Shown here: piece after piece, positions 27,257 to 38,184 of the stretch
Layout: every line of letters starts with the position of its first letter
How positions within the stretch are numbered: position 1 is the first letter of the stretch
Origin: a virus
Lineage: Duplodnaviria > Heunggongvirae > Uroviricota > Caudoviricetes
DNA length: 64,000 nucleotides
Virus record (IMG/VR): IMGVR_UViG_3300028591_000113
Span: 46,087 to 110,086 of that record
Strand: one strand, 5' to 3'
The notes under the pieces: generated by a model
Databases searched by the model: none
What the model saw: only the letters and a program-made list of their open reading frames with translations
What the model was told of the DNA's origin: nothing
Position numbers and translations under genes: made by a program

Positions 27257-28713
27257 TGTCATTAAGACGTAGATTACTATGTATTTCCATCTCAATTCCT
27301 GTTGGTCCAGGTCTAGAAATCCTTACCGATGATAGTTATACCGGTAAGTACTTTTACTGTACCGCAACTTATGACGATATACAGGTGTTTGGTACATGGG
27401 CAATTACCTCTGGTAGTCAATACGCAACCATAAATAATAATGGCAGGGTAGACATTGTTAGTGGCACAGTTTCACAAGCAATAGAAATTAGTTCAACCTA
27501 CCAAGGCGAGACTGTTACTAAAACTGTCACTGTAACTTATGACAACCAATTAGTTATTGAAGGTCCAAGTTCTATGACAGGAACAAGCGGCAACTTAATT
27601 ACTCGTTATAATGGTGAAGTTGTTGACTCAACTTGAAGTATTATTAGTGGAAGCGGCGCTACAATCGACAATACAGGCGCAATCACTATTACTGCTTCTG
27701 GTTCAATCACTGTCCAAGCAATTTATTCTACTTACACAGATACAAAAACCATTACTTTAACTTATGAAGCAGGCACATCAACTTCTACAGAAGTAAATGA
27801 AGATGGCTCTGTTACAACAACTACAACTACAACTGAGACCGACCCAGAAACAGGTGCGGTTACAGAGAATACAGTATCGCAAACCGTAAATGAAGACGGC
27901 TCTATAAGTAATACAACCGCCACTCAAACAACTAATGAAGATGGCTCATATACTAGCGAATCCACTACTACAAATCAAGATGGTTCATCTTCAACAACAA
28001 ATAGTATTGGTAATGCCGATGGTTCTTCTGAAACGCACGGCACTAGCTACGACGCCAATGGCGACCCAACTGACGCCTTCAATAATGAAATTGACGTCTC
28101 TGGTAACTCATCAACTCAAACTATTGAGTATGAAGATGGCGAACCAGTAGTTAGTGGTTATACGATTGATACAAGCGGCAATCCAGAAGGCGATAAAGAA
28201 ATTAGAGATGGTGTTAATACACAATATTATGCTTTCGATACTACAAGAGGCTTTGTGGTTCATATTGAATTTGAAATCGATATGACTAATAAACCGCCAG
28301 GCCAAAATCAAAACCACCACAATATTTTAACTGCTAAAAGAGCTGATCCATCTCCTTGGTATGGCTTCCAATTAAGACAATCTAATAATACAAAGAATAT
28401 TATTTGCGGTATTCAATTTGCTACTGGTAGTAATACAAATACTAATATTACACCATCGGTTCTTACTGGTAACTGAGGTTATTATGATTTAACAATTACA
28501 TATGACCCAACGCTTGATAGAAATCAGTTCACTTGTTATGACAACTATGGACAAAAAACCGTTTTAACAAAAACAGGCACATTCCCTGACATTGATGAGT
28601 TAAAATATTTAAAGATGACCTTAGGCTGTGCGCTTGATGCAAATGGCAATGAATACAGATATGCTAATATCAATGTCTTTGACTTCTCAGTCCAAAGACT
28701 GCCCTCTAACTAA
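27256..28713 (+). CDS. tail fibre/adhesin-like protein with bacterial Ig-like (BIG2) domain, 485 aa, multiple TGA-Trp
   Basis: Continuous frame through 3 TGA codons; segment ITASGSITVQAIYSTYTDTKTITLTYEAG typical of BIG2; Thr/Ser-rich linker. Confidence 0.55.
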
Positions 28714-28869
28714 TATATACTAAAATTCATTTTTGCCGAAACGTGACAAAATAACTATATTATATATGTATCAGTATTAAAGGCAAAATTACAGTAATGT
28801 AATGACGCAAAACTATAGGATCCTCCGACGGATAGCCAGTTACCTGACCAATCCTTTGGAGGTTTTTAT

Positions 28870-29445
28870 ATGAAATTAAGAAACAAATTGGCTGCAATTA
28901 CAGCCGCTGCCATGTTAGCTTTCACAGGCGTTGGTTTTGCTGCATGGACTTTCAATAACAGTGTCGCACAAGAACAAGAAGTTGGCACATATGTTACATC
29001 AGCAATCAATGCTAAAAATGTTGCCCTTTCTGGTGACACAACAGTCTATTTAGTTTTAGACCAAGAAAAACCATATTGGTCAACTGCCGTTAATAATGGC
29101 TCCAAACCAGTTGAACTCGCAAATGGTAAAATCACAGTTACACCTGATTATGATTTAACAAATAATAATGATGGTGCCTCTTGGACTTATCATTTAACAA
29201 GTGCCATTACTGTTAGCAGCGACATCGCAAATTATGTTAATGTTACAGGTTTTGACGTTGTTGAAAAAACTGGTACAATTACTGCCGCAGATCATGAAAC
29301 CATCGCAGCAGTCGATTACAACTTACCAAGTCTCGCTTACACTACTAATAAACCAGCAAACTATGCTGATTATACAACAATGTTAAGCGCTGTAAGTGGT
29401 GATATTATTGAATTCTCATTCAACTGCACATTCACACAAAACTAG
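28870..29445 (+). CDS. secreted TasA/camelysin-family-like protein with signal peptide ending ...GFAAW-TFNN
   Basis: N-terminal signal peptide MKLRNKLAAITAAAMLAFTGVGFA followed by AAWTFNNSV, resembling TasA TWAAFND start of mature protein; GGAGGT RBS. Confidence 0.5.
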   Translation: MKLRNKLAAITAAAMLAFTGVGFAAWTFNNSVAQEQEVGTYVTSAINAKNVALSGDTTVYLVLDQEKPYWSTAVNNGSKPVELANGKITVTPDYDLTNNNDGASWTYHLTSAITVSSDIANYVNVTGFDVVEKTGTITAADHETIAAVDYNLPSLAYTTNKPANYADYTTMLSAVSGDIIEFSFNCTFTQN

Positions 29446-29457
29446 TAGGTACTAACT

Positions 29458-30240
29458 ATGTCATCAATTACGATTATAACAATAGTCGTAGTTGCACTCT
29501 TAACATTAGTAATCATAGGTCTTGCTTGACTAGGTTACGCATCTTGCTTAAAAATGTATCAACTTGAAGTTGACGCAGGAAAGCACGATAAAGAAATTTA
29601 TAAGGAGTTCCACTCCAAGAAAAAGAAGAAAGGAGGACTTTTAGGAATTATAAGTTCCTACTTAGTTCTCCTTCTTTTATCAGGACTCTTCGTAACAGGA
29701 GTAGTCTACAAAATATGCGGCGAAAATCTCAAGATTAATGGTCATACAGCACTAGTAATTAAAACTGGCTCTATGTCTGATTTTTACAACGATGATATTG
29801 CCGCACAATACAACTACGACACAAGTCTCCACTTTGACGTGGGTGACATCTGTATTTTTGAAACAGTAGATAATAATACTGAATTAGTTGAAGGTGAAGT
29901 CTACGGCTATAAATACAAAAACATCATTATTACTCACCGTCTTGTTGAAAAACATGATAACTTATATGAGTTCAGAGGTGACAATAATGCGGTTTCTGAT
30001 GGTCTTTTAATTAAAAAAGAAAATATAGTCTATCATTACATCCACACTAAAATACCTGGAATTGGCGCATTTGTTTTATATGCGCAATCAATCTTTGGTA
30101 TTTGGTCATTAACAGGCATCATCGCTGTTCTAATTAGCTCAGAAGTAGTTATACACAAAATCGACAAAATTAATAAGGCGCGTGACTATAAAATGACACC
30201 GCGTGATCCGGACGGAAGGGGTAAGAAACATGAAAAATAA
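29458..30240 (+). CDS. signal peptidase I, SipW/archaeal-ER type (Ser-His dyad)
   Basis: N-terminal TM helix, motifs KTGSMSDF (Ser nucleophile), GDICIFE, ITHRLVE (His) in SipW-type order; one TGA-Trp. Confidence 0.65.
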
Positions 30241-31168
30241 AATGCTTTTACCTGTTATCGGTTTATTTGCGGCAACGGCACTTATGGGCACAACCTATTC
30301 TGCTTGAGTATTTGAAAACACAGTATCGGTAGATAATAATGTTCAAGTAGAAGTTCCTGAATGAACCTTCGGTGATATTGGTTTTGCTAAACTAGAAAAC
30401 ATTAATGGATTAAGTTATTTAACTGCCACAAAAGAAGAAGCTATTACACGAGGTAGTTCTGAAGCGGTTAGATTTACTAATACTGGCGGAACTAATGCCA
30501 GAGACCATGTATTTTATGTTAACTTGGATAAAGATTATAATTTGTATGATATAGCAACTTGTAAGATTGAATTCGATTGCTATCATACTTTCAAAAGAGA
30601 ACAAAATACAAAAGGTTTTCCAAAACTTCAACTGTTCTCTAATAACACAGGTCGAGGAGCGGCGCAAGGTGGTGATGATACTATTACTAATATCTCACCA
30701 TATGTAGTCACTAATATTGATGAAGATTGGTGACATTTAGAATACTACATTACCTCTATGTGTCCTACTATTTGTGACCACCAAGACAAACCACAAACAA
30801 ATTATACAATTAACCGCATTAAGTTTGTTGACAGGGGTGTTTACGATTACTCTGGTACAACAGCCTATTTCATTATAGATAATCTTGTGTTTACTAATGA
30901 ACCTGGTGCTAGATTGGGCTTATTTAATAGAACTGGTGGAGATACAGTAGGTAAGTTCTTCTGGTTTAAGGTTGCTTGGTCTGGTGATTTACATTCATGC
31001 GTCCTTACAACAAGCGATCCAAGTATTGCGGTTTGAGACGATGAATCCACCAAGAGTCCGTTCTATGCTAAACTGCTCAGTGCGGGCAGAGTTACAATTA
31101 CTGCTACATTAGAAATCGGCAGTAACCATGAAATCTTTACAATCTCTAATACAATCACTGTAACTTAG
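30230..31168 (+). CDS. secreted TasA/camelysin-family-like protein, paralog of 28870 gene; 5 TGA-Trp
   Basis: Signal peptide MKNKMLLPVIGLFAATALMGTTYSA then W-VFENTVS; frame intact only with TGA=Trp; terminator 31184-31211 downstream. Confidence 0.5.
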
Positions 31169-31243
31169 ATTGAGATAAATCCTAAAATCCTGGCGCAAGC
31201 CGGGATTTTTTAGTATATTTATAATGAAAGGAGAAAACACTAT

Positions 31244-31441
31244 ATGGATACATTAGAATCATGCACAGAATTAGGACCAACACCAGAAAGTGTTGTTGTT
31301 GATACTTTACGAAAACACGTCCGTGTCAATAAAGAAACAAATTCAGTCGAATTTTATAACGACTATGGCGTAAAAATGGTATTAAGAAACCTATCTGACG
31401 AAGAAATCGCCGCTTATTCACTCTTATTCAGAATTTACTAG
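31244..31441 (+). CDS. small hypothetical protein (65 aa)
   Basis: ORF with AAGGAG RBS. Confidence 0.5.
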   Translation: MDTLESCTELGPTPESVVVDTLRKHVRVNKETNSVEFYNDYGVKMVLRNLSDEEIAAYSLLFRIY

Positions 31442-31456
31442 AAAGGAAACATTAAA

Positions 31457-32563
31457 ATGATTAGAGTTATATTATTTATTGTTTTCATCATCATACTCCT
31501 CGCTTTTGCGGGCACTGCTATTTGGCAAGGCTGGGTCGCCGTAGACGAGGATGGAGTAGGACATAAGATTGCTTGTGCCATTCTTTCCACTCTTGCCGTT
31601 GTAATGTTAGCCCTTACAATATGCGTACCTGGCTCATTCCATCAAGTAGATACCGGTACAGTCGCAGTTGTTAGACATTTAGGTAAAATTGAAGGAATTA
31701 GACAACCTGGTACTTATTATGACTTCTATATGGTCAGAAGTTATGAAACTTATGATACTAAGGTTCAACAAGATAAAATTGTTACTGCCGCTTATTCTAA
31801 AGACGGTCAAACAATGGAACTTGAAGTCTTCTTACAATATCAAGTTCAACCTGAACATATTATGGATATTGCCACTCAATATGGTAGTTTAGATGCACTT
31901 CAATCTCGTATTGAAACTCAAACTATCGAAAAGACAAAAGCCGTTATGTCTAGCGATATCGCCATGAATATTATTCAAAAACGTGCGGAATTTTCTTCAA
32001 GCGTTAGTGAAGCCGTTAGAGAAGGTATTTCCTCTGACTACTATGTTAATGTTAAAGACGTCGTTTTAACTAATATCGATTTTACTGATGAATTTGAAAA
32101 ATCAGTAGAAAATAAAGTTATTGCTGAACAAGAAAAACAAGCGGCTATTACTCGCGCTGAAGCCGAATTAGAAGTTGCTAAATTAGAAGCGCAAAGAAAA
32201 ATTGAACAAGCACGTGGTGACGCTGAAGCCCAAAAGATTATTGCTCAAGCGACAGCTGAAGCCGCAACATATAAAATTATTGAATTAGCCAAATCTATTG
32301 GTTACACTGTCAATGAAACATATTTATACTCTGTTGATGGCTTAGAAACTGCTTTTGATACAAAACAAGTAGAAACAGAAACAACTATTTATTTAGGCAC
32401 TGAATATGTTATTGATATTACTAGCGGACCTGGCGCCGCAAACTTCAAGTCTTTAGTTGAAGATTACTTACAATATCTTGCCTACTTAGAAGTTTGGAAT
32501 GGACAATTACCTCAAGTAATGGCCGGAGATGACGCCATCTCAATTATTGTTCCAAATAATTAG
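31457..32563 (+). CDS. SPFH/Band-7 (prohibitin/HflKC-like) membrane protein
   Basis: N-terminal TM helix, then VDTGTVAVVRHLGKI...PGTYY and coiled-coil Ala/Glu/Gln-rich region typical of SPFH domain proteins; terminator 32567-32597. Confidence 0.65.
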   Translation: MIRVILFIVFIIILLAFAGTAIWQGWVAVDEDGVGHKIACAILSTLAVVMLALTICVPGSFHQVDTGTVAVVRHLGKIEGIRQPGTYYDFYMVRSYETYDTKVQQDKIVTAAYSKDGQTMELEVFLQYQVQPEHIMDIATQYGSLDALQSRIETQTIEKTKAVMSSDIAMNIIQKRAEFSSSVSEAVREGISSDYYVNVKDVVLTNIDFTDEFEKSVENKVIAEQEKQAAITRAEAELEVAKLEAQRKIEQARGDAEAQKIIAQATAEAATYKIIELAKSIGYTVNETYLYSVDGLETAFDTKQVETETTIYLGTEYVIDITSGPGAANFKSLVEDYLQYLAYLEVWNGQLPQVMAGDDAISIIVPNN

Positions 32564-32624
32564 TGAAAAGTCCTGGCTTATGCCGGGACTTTTTTATATA
32601 CTTACAATGTAAGGAGAAATTATT

Positions 32625-33179
32625 ATGAAAATATGGTTGACTAGTGATACACACTTCTCTCACTTCAATATCATTAAGTATTGTAATCGTCCATTTCATA
32701 CTGTTGATGAAATGAATAGTGCGATTATTCATAATTGGAATGAGCAAGCTAAACCAGAAGATATAGTTATTTTCTGCGGGGATTTTTGTTTTGCCCGCAC
32801 AGCCGAAGCCGCTCAAGTAACGGAAAGATTCGCAACTGCACTCAATGGTTATAAGCTCATTGTCAAGGGAAATCACGACTTTAAGAAGTTTAGATACACT
32901 GACGTTGGTTTCAGAGCCGAATATTATCAAGAGTTTATCTTTAATGATAGATTTAGTTTCCGCCATCGTCCAGAAGATTTGATGATAGATAGTAAAAATT
33001 TTGATTTTATTTTCTACGGTCATGTACATAATACACCATTAGACTATACAGCGCCGCTAAATTGCATTAACGCTTGTTTAGATGCCAATGGTTTACAACT
33101 TATTGATATTACAAATTATTTTACAGCAAAAGAAATCGAGATGTTAAAAAACATCGTTAATTACGATAGAGGAGAATAA
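32625..33179 (+). CDS. metallophosphoesterase (calcineurin-like)
   Basis: Motifs SDTHFSH, CGDFCF, GNHD, GHVH. Confidence 0.7.
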   Translation: MKIWLTSDTHFSHFNIIKYCNRPFHTVDEMNSAIIHNWNEQAKPEDIVIFCGDFCFARTAEAAQVTERFATALNGYKLIVKGNHDFKKFRYTDVGFRAEYYQEFIFNDRFSFRHRPEDLMIDSKNFDFIFYGHVHNTPLDYTAPLNCINACLDANGLQLIDITNYFTAKEIEMLKNIVNYDRGE

Positions 33180-33180
33180 T

Positions 33181-34221
33181 ATGGAAAATTATGAAAATCC
33201 ACAAGTCGATGAAGTTTTAGACGTCGACGCAGAAGAGCCAGAATTAGAAGAAGAAAACGCCGGTCCGTTCGACGGATTACTTAAATGTATACAAGAAAGC
33301 CTTAAAAAGGCAGATGCTAAAGGTTTTGCGGAAACCTATGCCAAAGCCGGCGCTACTATTTTACAACAAGTAGCCGAGCAATTAAAAGAAGACAACATTA
33401 CTTTTACTCCTGAAGATGTGCAATTCCTTGATGGCTATTTCATTTTTGCTATGGGAACTAACTCTGTTCTTCATTTCCACGTAAAGGAATGTCCAGGTTG
33501 GAAGTTCGGTATCTGGTTCGGCACTGTTGAAACTGAAGATTCTACAGAAGAATGTAAGAAATACAAATTAGATGAAATTACAGCAGACTTCTTTACACAA
33601 TATGAAGATTGTATTGATAAGTTCAAACCAAGCGCCTCTACTATTTCTACTTATGAAGGACATTTAGAAATAGAAGACTTGAAGTGCAACTGGTTCTTCT
33701 ATCATAGAATTGCCGATACAATTAAAATGATTATTCAATATCCTGAGATTATGTGGTATCGTGATGTCTATTATGCAGACTTAAACTATGACTACGTTAC
33801 AGTTGAAAAAGCCCATGAAGAATTTACTGAATGGCGTCTTAAAGAGAATAATAAAAAACTTATTCATGCTGAAAATGAAAAAGTAATGCTTGATGCGTTA
33901 AAATATATCGCGGGTCCAGTTATTGAAGCTGGTGAAGCTTTTATTGCAGATAGTGGTGAAAATTGTTCTCCAAGATACAGACTTGTTGTTCTTAATACCG
34001 GAGACCCAAAAGATGATGGATGTTATCGTATTTGGGATCTTGGTTATGAAGATGCAGAAGAAGATAAGAAGTATTTTGAAGAAAAAGAAAAAGAATGCGA
34101 AGAACGCGCGAAAGATGTTTATTGGTTTAATCCAGTGTCTGACTGCTGCAGCTATATTAGCAAAGAGCACTTTGAAAAAGCAAAATACTACCATGAACAC
34201 CCTGAAGAAGATGACGACTAA
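33181..34221 (+). CDS. highly acidic hypothetical protein (346 aa)
   Basis: ORF; E/D-rich termini. Confidence 0.55.
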   Translation: MENYENPQVDEVLDVDAEEPELEEENAGPFDGLLKCIQESLKKADAKGFAETYAKAGATILQQVAEQLKEDNITFTPEDVQFLDGYFIFAMGTNSVLHFHVKECPGWKFGIWFGTVETEDSTEECKKYKLDEITADFFTQYEDCIDKFKPSASTISTYEGHLEIEDLKCNWFFYHRIADTIKMIIQYPEIMWYRDVYYADLNYDYVTVEKAHEEFTEWRLKENNKKLIHAENEKVMLDALKYIAGPVIEAGEAFIADSGENCSPRYRLVVLNTGDPKDDGCYRIWDLGYEDAEEDKKYFEEKEKECEERAKDVYWFNPVSDCCSYISKEHFEKAKYYHEHPEEDDD

Positions 34222-34294
34222 AGTCATCTTTTTCTTCCAAAAGTCAAAAATCGATAGTAATATATATATGTTAAAGAAAGGAGAATAGTTATAA

Positions 34295-35344
34295 ATGTAT
34301 TGGTATTTAGTCGCGCCAACTTATCCAAAAAGTGAAGCGCATCATGAATATCGTGACGGCAAGGTTGAAATAACACGCGGAGAGTCTGTTAAGTTCGTTG
34401 ACAATAATGATGACACTTTCGTTCGTTATGCTCTTTTAAGAGATAAAATGCTTGGTCATTTCCCAAGTCATATTATGGGAACTGATGAGTTTAAAGATGA
34501 AGTTGGATATATCTTTGTTTGCGGCGAAACACTTCGTAAATTCCATGAAAGAATGGATGTGGATGGAATTCTAGGTGAATATTTGGGTGAAGACCGAATT
34601 GCAGGTGTGCCTATTATTCGTATTCCAGTTGATAACCAACCAACAATTAATGCCAGTTACGATGGCAATACTTCTATTTGTGTAGAAACAAATGGTAACT
34701 TTAATGGGAAAAAATATTCTGTTTCATTAAAAATAAGAGATTTCTGTATAAGAGACCTCTCAATTAGTGAAAATATACAACATTTTGAGTCAGGTGTTGC
34801 TTATCAAAATACACCAAATGAACCTAAAAAGGAGAAACAAAAAATGAACTTAGGAACAAACTTATTTAAAGATTTATACTTCGGTAAAGCACCAAGTCAA
34901 TTTGCTTTATCATTCAATAACCAAATTACATACAATGGCAAATACTTCGCTGACAACGCATTAAATGATGCTTGCGGTTTAACATTAGACTTTGAAGGTC
35001 TATTATACATTATGCCAACTCAAGAATTAAAGGCTGGCGATATCGTTGCTAAGAAAGGCGATGCCTTCTACTTCGATGGTAAAAATTACATCAGTTTAAC
35101 TACTGGTCAAAAAGCCGAATACGTCCCAACTAAAGTCTTAGGCATGACATTCTACAGTGTTGTTAAGAACCTCGCTGGTAATATGTTCGGTACTGTCGAT
35201 TCAAAAACTAACCCAATGGCTAATATGTTACCATTCTTACTCTTAGGTAAGGATAACGATAGCGATGACTTAGTTAAGTTTATGCTTTTAAGTCAAGGTG
35301 GTTTTAACTTCTTACAACCACAAGCCGCACCAGAAAAGAAATAA
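34295..35344 (+). CDS. hypothetical protein (349 aa)
   Basis: ORF with AAGGAG RBS; terminator 35380-35408. Confidence 0.55.
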   Translation: MYWYLVAPTYPKSEAHHEYRDGKVEITRGESVKFVDNNDDTFVRYALLRDKMLGHFPSHIMGTDEFKDEVGYIFVCGETLRKFHERMDVDGILGEYLGEDRIAGVPIIRIPVDNQPTINASYDGNTSICVETNGNFNGKKYSVSLKIRDFCIRDLSISENIQHFESGVAYQNTPNEPKKEKQKMNLGTNLFKDLYFGKAPSQFALSFNNQITYNGKYFADNALNDACGLTLDFEGLLYIMPTQELKAGDIVAKKGDAFYFDGKNYISLTTGQKAEYVPTKVLGMTFYSVVKNLAGNMFGTVDSKTNPMANMLPFLLLGKDNDSDDLVKFMLLSQGGFNFLQPQAAPEKK

Positions 35345-35459
35345 TTACGGATCTACTTCTTGCGACGTTATAGATTATGAAAAAGACGCTTAGGCGTCTT
35401 TTTCTTTGTGTTAATGAACTTTTTATAGTATAATTATTATGATAAAGGAGAATATCTTT

Positions 35460-35585
35460 ATGTTAGTATTAGCATATATTGCAGTAAGTGTCAGTATATT
35501 AAATGTTTGGGCGGTAGCAGGAATTATCGCGCTTGCAACACGCAACTGGCATCCAATTAAAAACTTTATGAAAAGAGGAAAATAA
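35460..35585 (+). CDS. small membrane peptide (41 aa)
   Basis: AAGGAG RBS; single TM helix. Confidence 0.35.
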   Translation: MLVLAYIAVSVSILNVWAVAGIIALATRNWHPIKNFMKRGK

Positions 35586-35586
35586 C

Positions 35587-36600
35587 ATGAGAACAATTAA
35601 TGACTTCGCAATGCTTGAGCCGATGAAATACTATAATAATGAAGCAGAATCTCAAAAGCGTAGCGACATGATAAATAATATAAATGATGAGTATATGGCA
35701 ACAGTCAAAAAAGATGGTGACTGGGCAATGCTTATTCACTATAGTAAAGGCGATAATCTTATCAGAAGTAGAAGTATCAGTAAAGTCACTGGCGTCTATG
35801 GAGATTATACTGCTAAGCTTCCACACATTTGCGCGGAAATGGACAGGTTGCCTGACGAAACAGTATTACTTGCTGAAATCTGTTGGGACGAACCTGGCAC
35901 CAATGCCAATACTGTTGGTACAATTTTAAGATGTTTACCAGCCAAGGCGGTTGAACGTCAAAAAGAAAAGAAACTTAAAGCATTAGTTTTCGATTGTTTA
36001 ATGATTGGCGGCGAAGATGGATGTGATTATCCTTATGAAGACCGTTTTAATGCGGCGTCAAGATTACTTGTTCAACAAGTATTTCCTTCAAATATAATGT
36101 ATATGACTCAACAATGTCATATTGACGAACATCACGAAAATTTCCTTGAATGGGCAGATGAAATTATTGCAGACGGCGGCGAAGGATTAGTCATTCAAAG
36201 AAAAGATAATCCTTATATGCCTGGCACTCGAACTGCTTGGAAAACTTTAAAACTTAAACAATCATTGCCTGAAATGGAACTCAAGGTAATTGGCACGCTT
36301 GAACCTTCTAAAATGTATGATGGAGACTTACCTGATAATTGGCCATACGTAATGGATGGTCAATTAGTAACTAAACCATATTATTATGGTTGGAAAAATG
36401 GTGTTACAGTAGAATATAATAACACTACCTGTGATGTCACAAGTGGTTTAACTGATGCAGACCGTGAATGGTTGGCTACAGATGAAGCGCAAGAAATGAT
36501 AAAAAATGGCGAATTATACGCCGTAGTTAAAGCAATGCAAACAAATGATTTGGGTAGATTAAGACACCCATACGTTGTAAGGTTGAGAAATGACCTTTAA
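35587..36600 (+). CDS. ATP-dependent polynucleotide ligase (DNA ligase-like nucleotidyltransferase, KxDG motif)
   Basis: Motif I TVKKDGDWAM (adenylated Lys), motif IV-V EGLVIQRK, WKTLKLK. Confidence 0.7.
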   Translation: MRTINDFAMLEPMKYYNNEAESQKRSDMINNINDEYMATVKKDGDWAMLIHYSKGDNLIRSRSISKVTGVYGDYTAKLPHICAEMDRLPDETVLLAEICWDEPGTNANTVGTILRCLPAKAVERQKEKKLKALVFDCLMIGGEDGCDYPYEDRFNAASRLLVQQVFPSNIMYMTQQCHIDEHHENFLEWADEIIADGGEGLVIQRKDNPYMPGTRTAWKTLKLKQSLPEMELKVIGTLEPSKMYDGDLPDNWPYVMDGQLVTKPYYYGWKNGVTVEYNNTTCDVTSGLTDADREWLATDEAQEMIKNGELYAVVKAMQTNDLGRLRHPYVVRLRNDL

Positions 36601-36800
36601 TGACTGAAAGAAGATTATTTAACATTGTTTTAACTACATTATGTTGGTGTATTGCTGCAGTAATGTTCTTTGCTTGCGGCGATGCGCTATATGACAAATT
36701 TTATGCGGTCGCAATTACAGACGCTATTATATCAATTATTGCAGATATACTAGGGGTGCTGTGTACGCGCAAAATGATTAAAGAATGGAACAAGGAATAA
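36600..36800 (+). CDS. small membrane protein (66 aa)
   Basis: ORF, two predicted TM helices. Confidence 0.45.
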   Translation: MTERRLFNIVLTTLCWCIAAVMFFACGDALYDKFYAVAITDAIISIIADILGVLCTRKMIKEWNKE

Positions 36801-36806
36801 ACAAGT

Positions 36807-37097
36807 ATGAAGAAATTATTATTATTGCCTTTATTATTACTTACATTAACTGGTTGTGAGTTTGATAATAAAGCACCAAAAGTACCAGAAACTAATAACT
36901 ACGATAAATATTATGTTGTGTTATGCGAACATCATATTGAAAATTGTGAGTATGTAGCTTTTATTCATGATACCTATACTGATAATATCTATTATAGATG
37001 GGACAGTGTTAATAAGGGTAATTTAAGTCCTTATTACAATAAAGACGGCGCCATTATGAAGTATTCTGAGTTCCAACGAGTACATAAACATGATTAA
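36807..37097 (+). CDS. lipoprotein (signal peptide + lipobox LTLTGC)
   Basis: MKKLLLLPLLLLTLTGCEF N-terminus. Confidence 0.6.
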   Translation: MKKLLLLPLLLLTLTGCEFDNKAPKVPETNNYDKYYVVLCEHHIENCEYVAFIHDTYTDNIYYRWDSVNKGNLSPYYNKDGAIMKYSEFQRVHKHD

Positions 37098-37186
37098 GGA
37101 GCATAGTAATGGTATACGTTTTATTAGTTTTTGATGCTATATTAGTAGTTTCATTACTGCTTACTATTAAAAAAAGAAAATAATCT

Positions 37187-37456
37187 ATGGAAATGATTTA
37201 TACTGAAAATGATTTACTTTTACTTATAGCTGAAACAGAACGTGGCAACTGGCGTAAAACAGGTGTCTTAAAAAAGAAAGATGAATGGGTTGCATCTGAT
37301 GATAATGTTTTATGTGAATACGCAAGTGGTAATTGTATAGGAGACGAAACCTGCAAAAATTGTTTACGTAATCACCTTCTTCAATATATTGCCGATCAAG
37401 AGTATGATTACTTACGAAACATCCTTAAGCGTATTAAGGAAAGGTGTAATAAATAA
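37187..37456 (+). CDS. hypothetical Cys-containing protein (89 aa)
   Basis: ORF. Confidence 0.5.
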   Translation: MEMIYTENDLLLLIAETERGNWRKTGVLKKKDEWVASDDNVLCEYASGNCIGDETCKNCLRNHLLQYIADQEYDYLRNILKRIKERCNK

Positions 37457-38061
37457 TGGATAATACTACTAATGCAGGAATTGAACAATATCGTCAACAA
37501 AATAGGAATTATAATTTTACCTTAATTTCTAGAGACTGCATTGGTGGTATTGTTTATAATCAGTTAGGGTTGCCTTTTCTTTCTCCTACCGTTAATTTGT
37601 TTTTTAGTCCTGCAGATTTTAATTTATTTTGTCTTCATTTGAAAGACTATTTGGACGCCGAATTAATAGAGTGCTATGGATTTGATTATCCAGCTGGTGT
37701 TTTATTAACACCGAATCACCCTTGTATTATTATACATTTTATGCACTATAAAAATTTTTTAGAAGCAAAAGAATGTTGAGAAAGACGAAAAGAGCGCATT
37801 AACTGAAATAATATATATATTGTTTCTAGTTTTTGCTATCCTGGTGAAACTGAACATTTCAATGAACAATTAGTAGTTGATTGAAATAATATTCCTTATA
37901 AAAAAGTTATTTTTGTAAATCAGTCATATGGATTTGATAATGAATATGTTATACCACAGCCATTAGACTGTGCTGATTATGCCTGGTTATTGTCATTTGT
38001 TGATTCAAACTCTTGACGACGCGTAATAAATAAGTATGACTGAATTAGTTTTCTAAACTCT
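37456..38061 (+). CDS. polysaccharide-biosynthesis-associated DUF1919-like protein (201 aa, 5 TGA-Trp)
   Basis: Frame continuous through 5 TGA; N-terminal RDCIGG...SPTVNLF resembles DUF1919; assignment from memory, low certainty. Confidence 0.4.
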
Positions 38062-38152
38062 TAAAAAAACATAACGCTACTATTAGAAAACGGGCTGAAA
38101 AAGGTTAAAAAACATGCCGTTTTCTAAGGGCATGATTAAGTTATCAAAGCAT

Positions 38153-38184
38153 TAAAAAAGAGGACGCGTAGTCCTCTTTTATTT
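38153..38184. terminator. bidirectional Rho-independent terminator (AGAGGAC-gcgta-GTCCTCT flanked by A-run and T-run)
   Basis: Hairpin between convergent genes. Confidence 0.65.

Noticed and set aside
33898-34288. ORFs 33898-34227(-) and 33923-34288(+) overlapping the acidic protein gene 33181-34221
   Set aside because: They are low-complexity Lys/Phe-rich artefacts of the GAA/AAG-rich coding strand, with no independent support.
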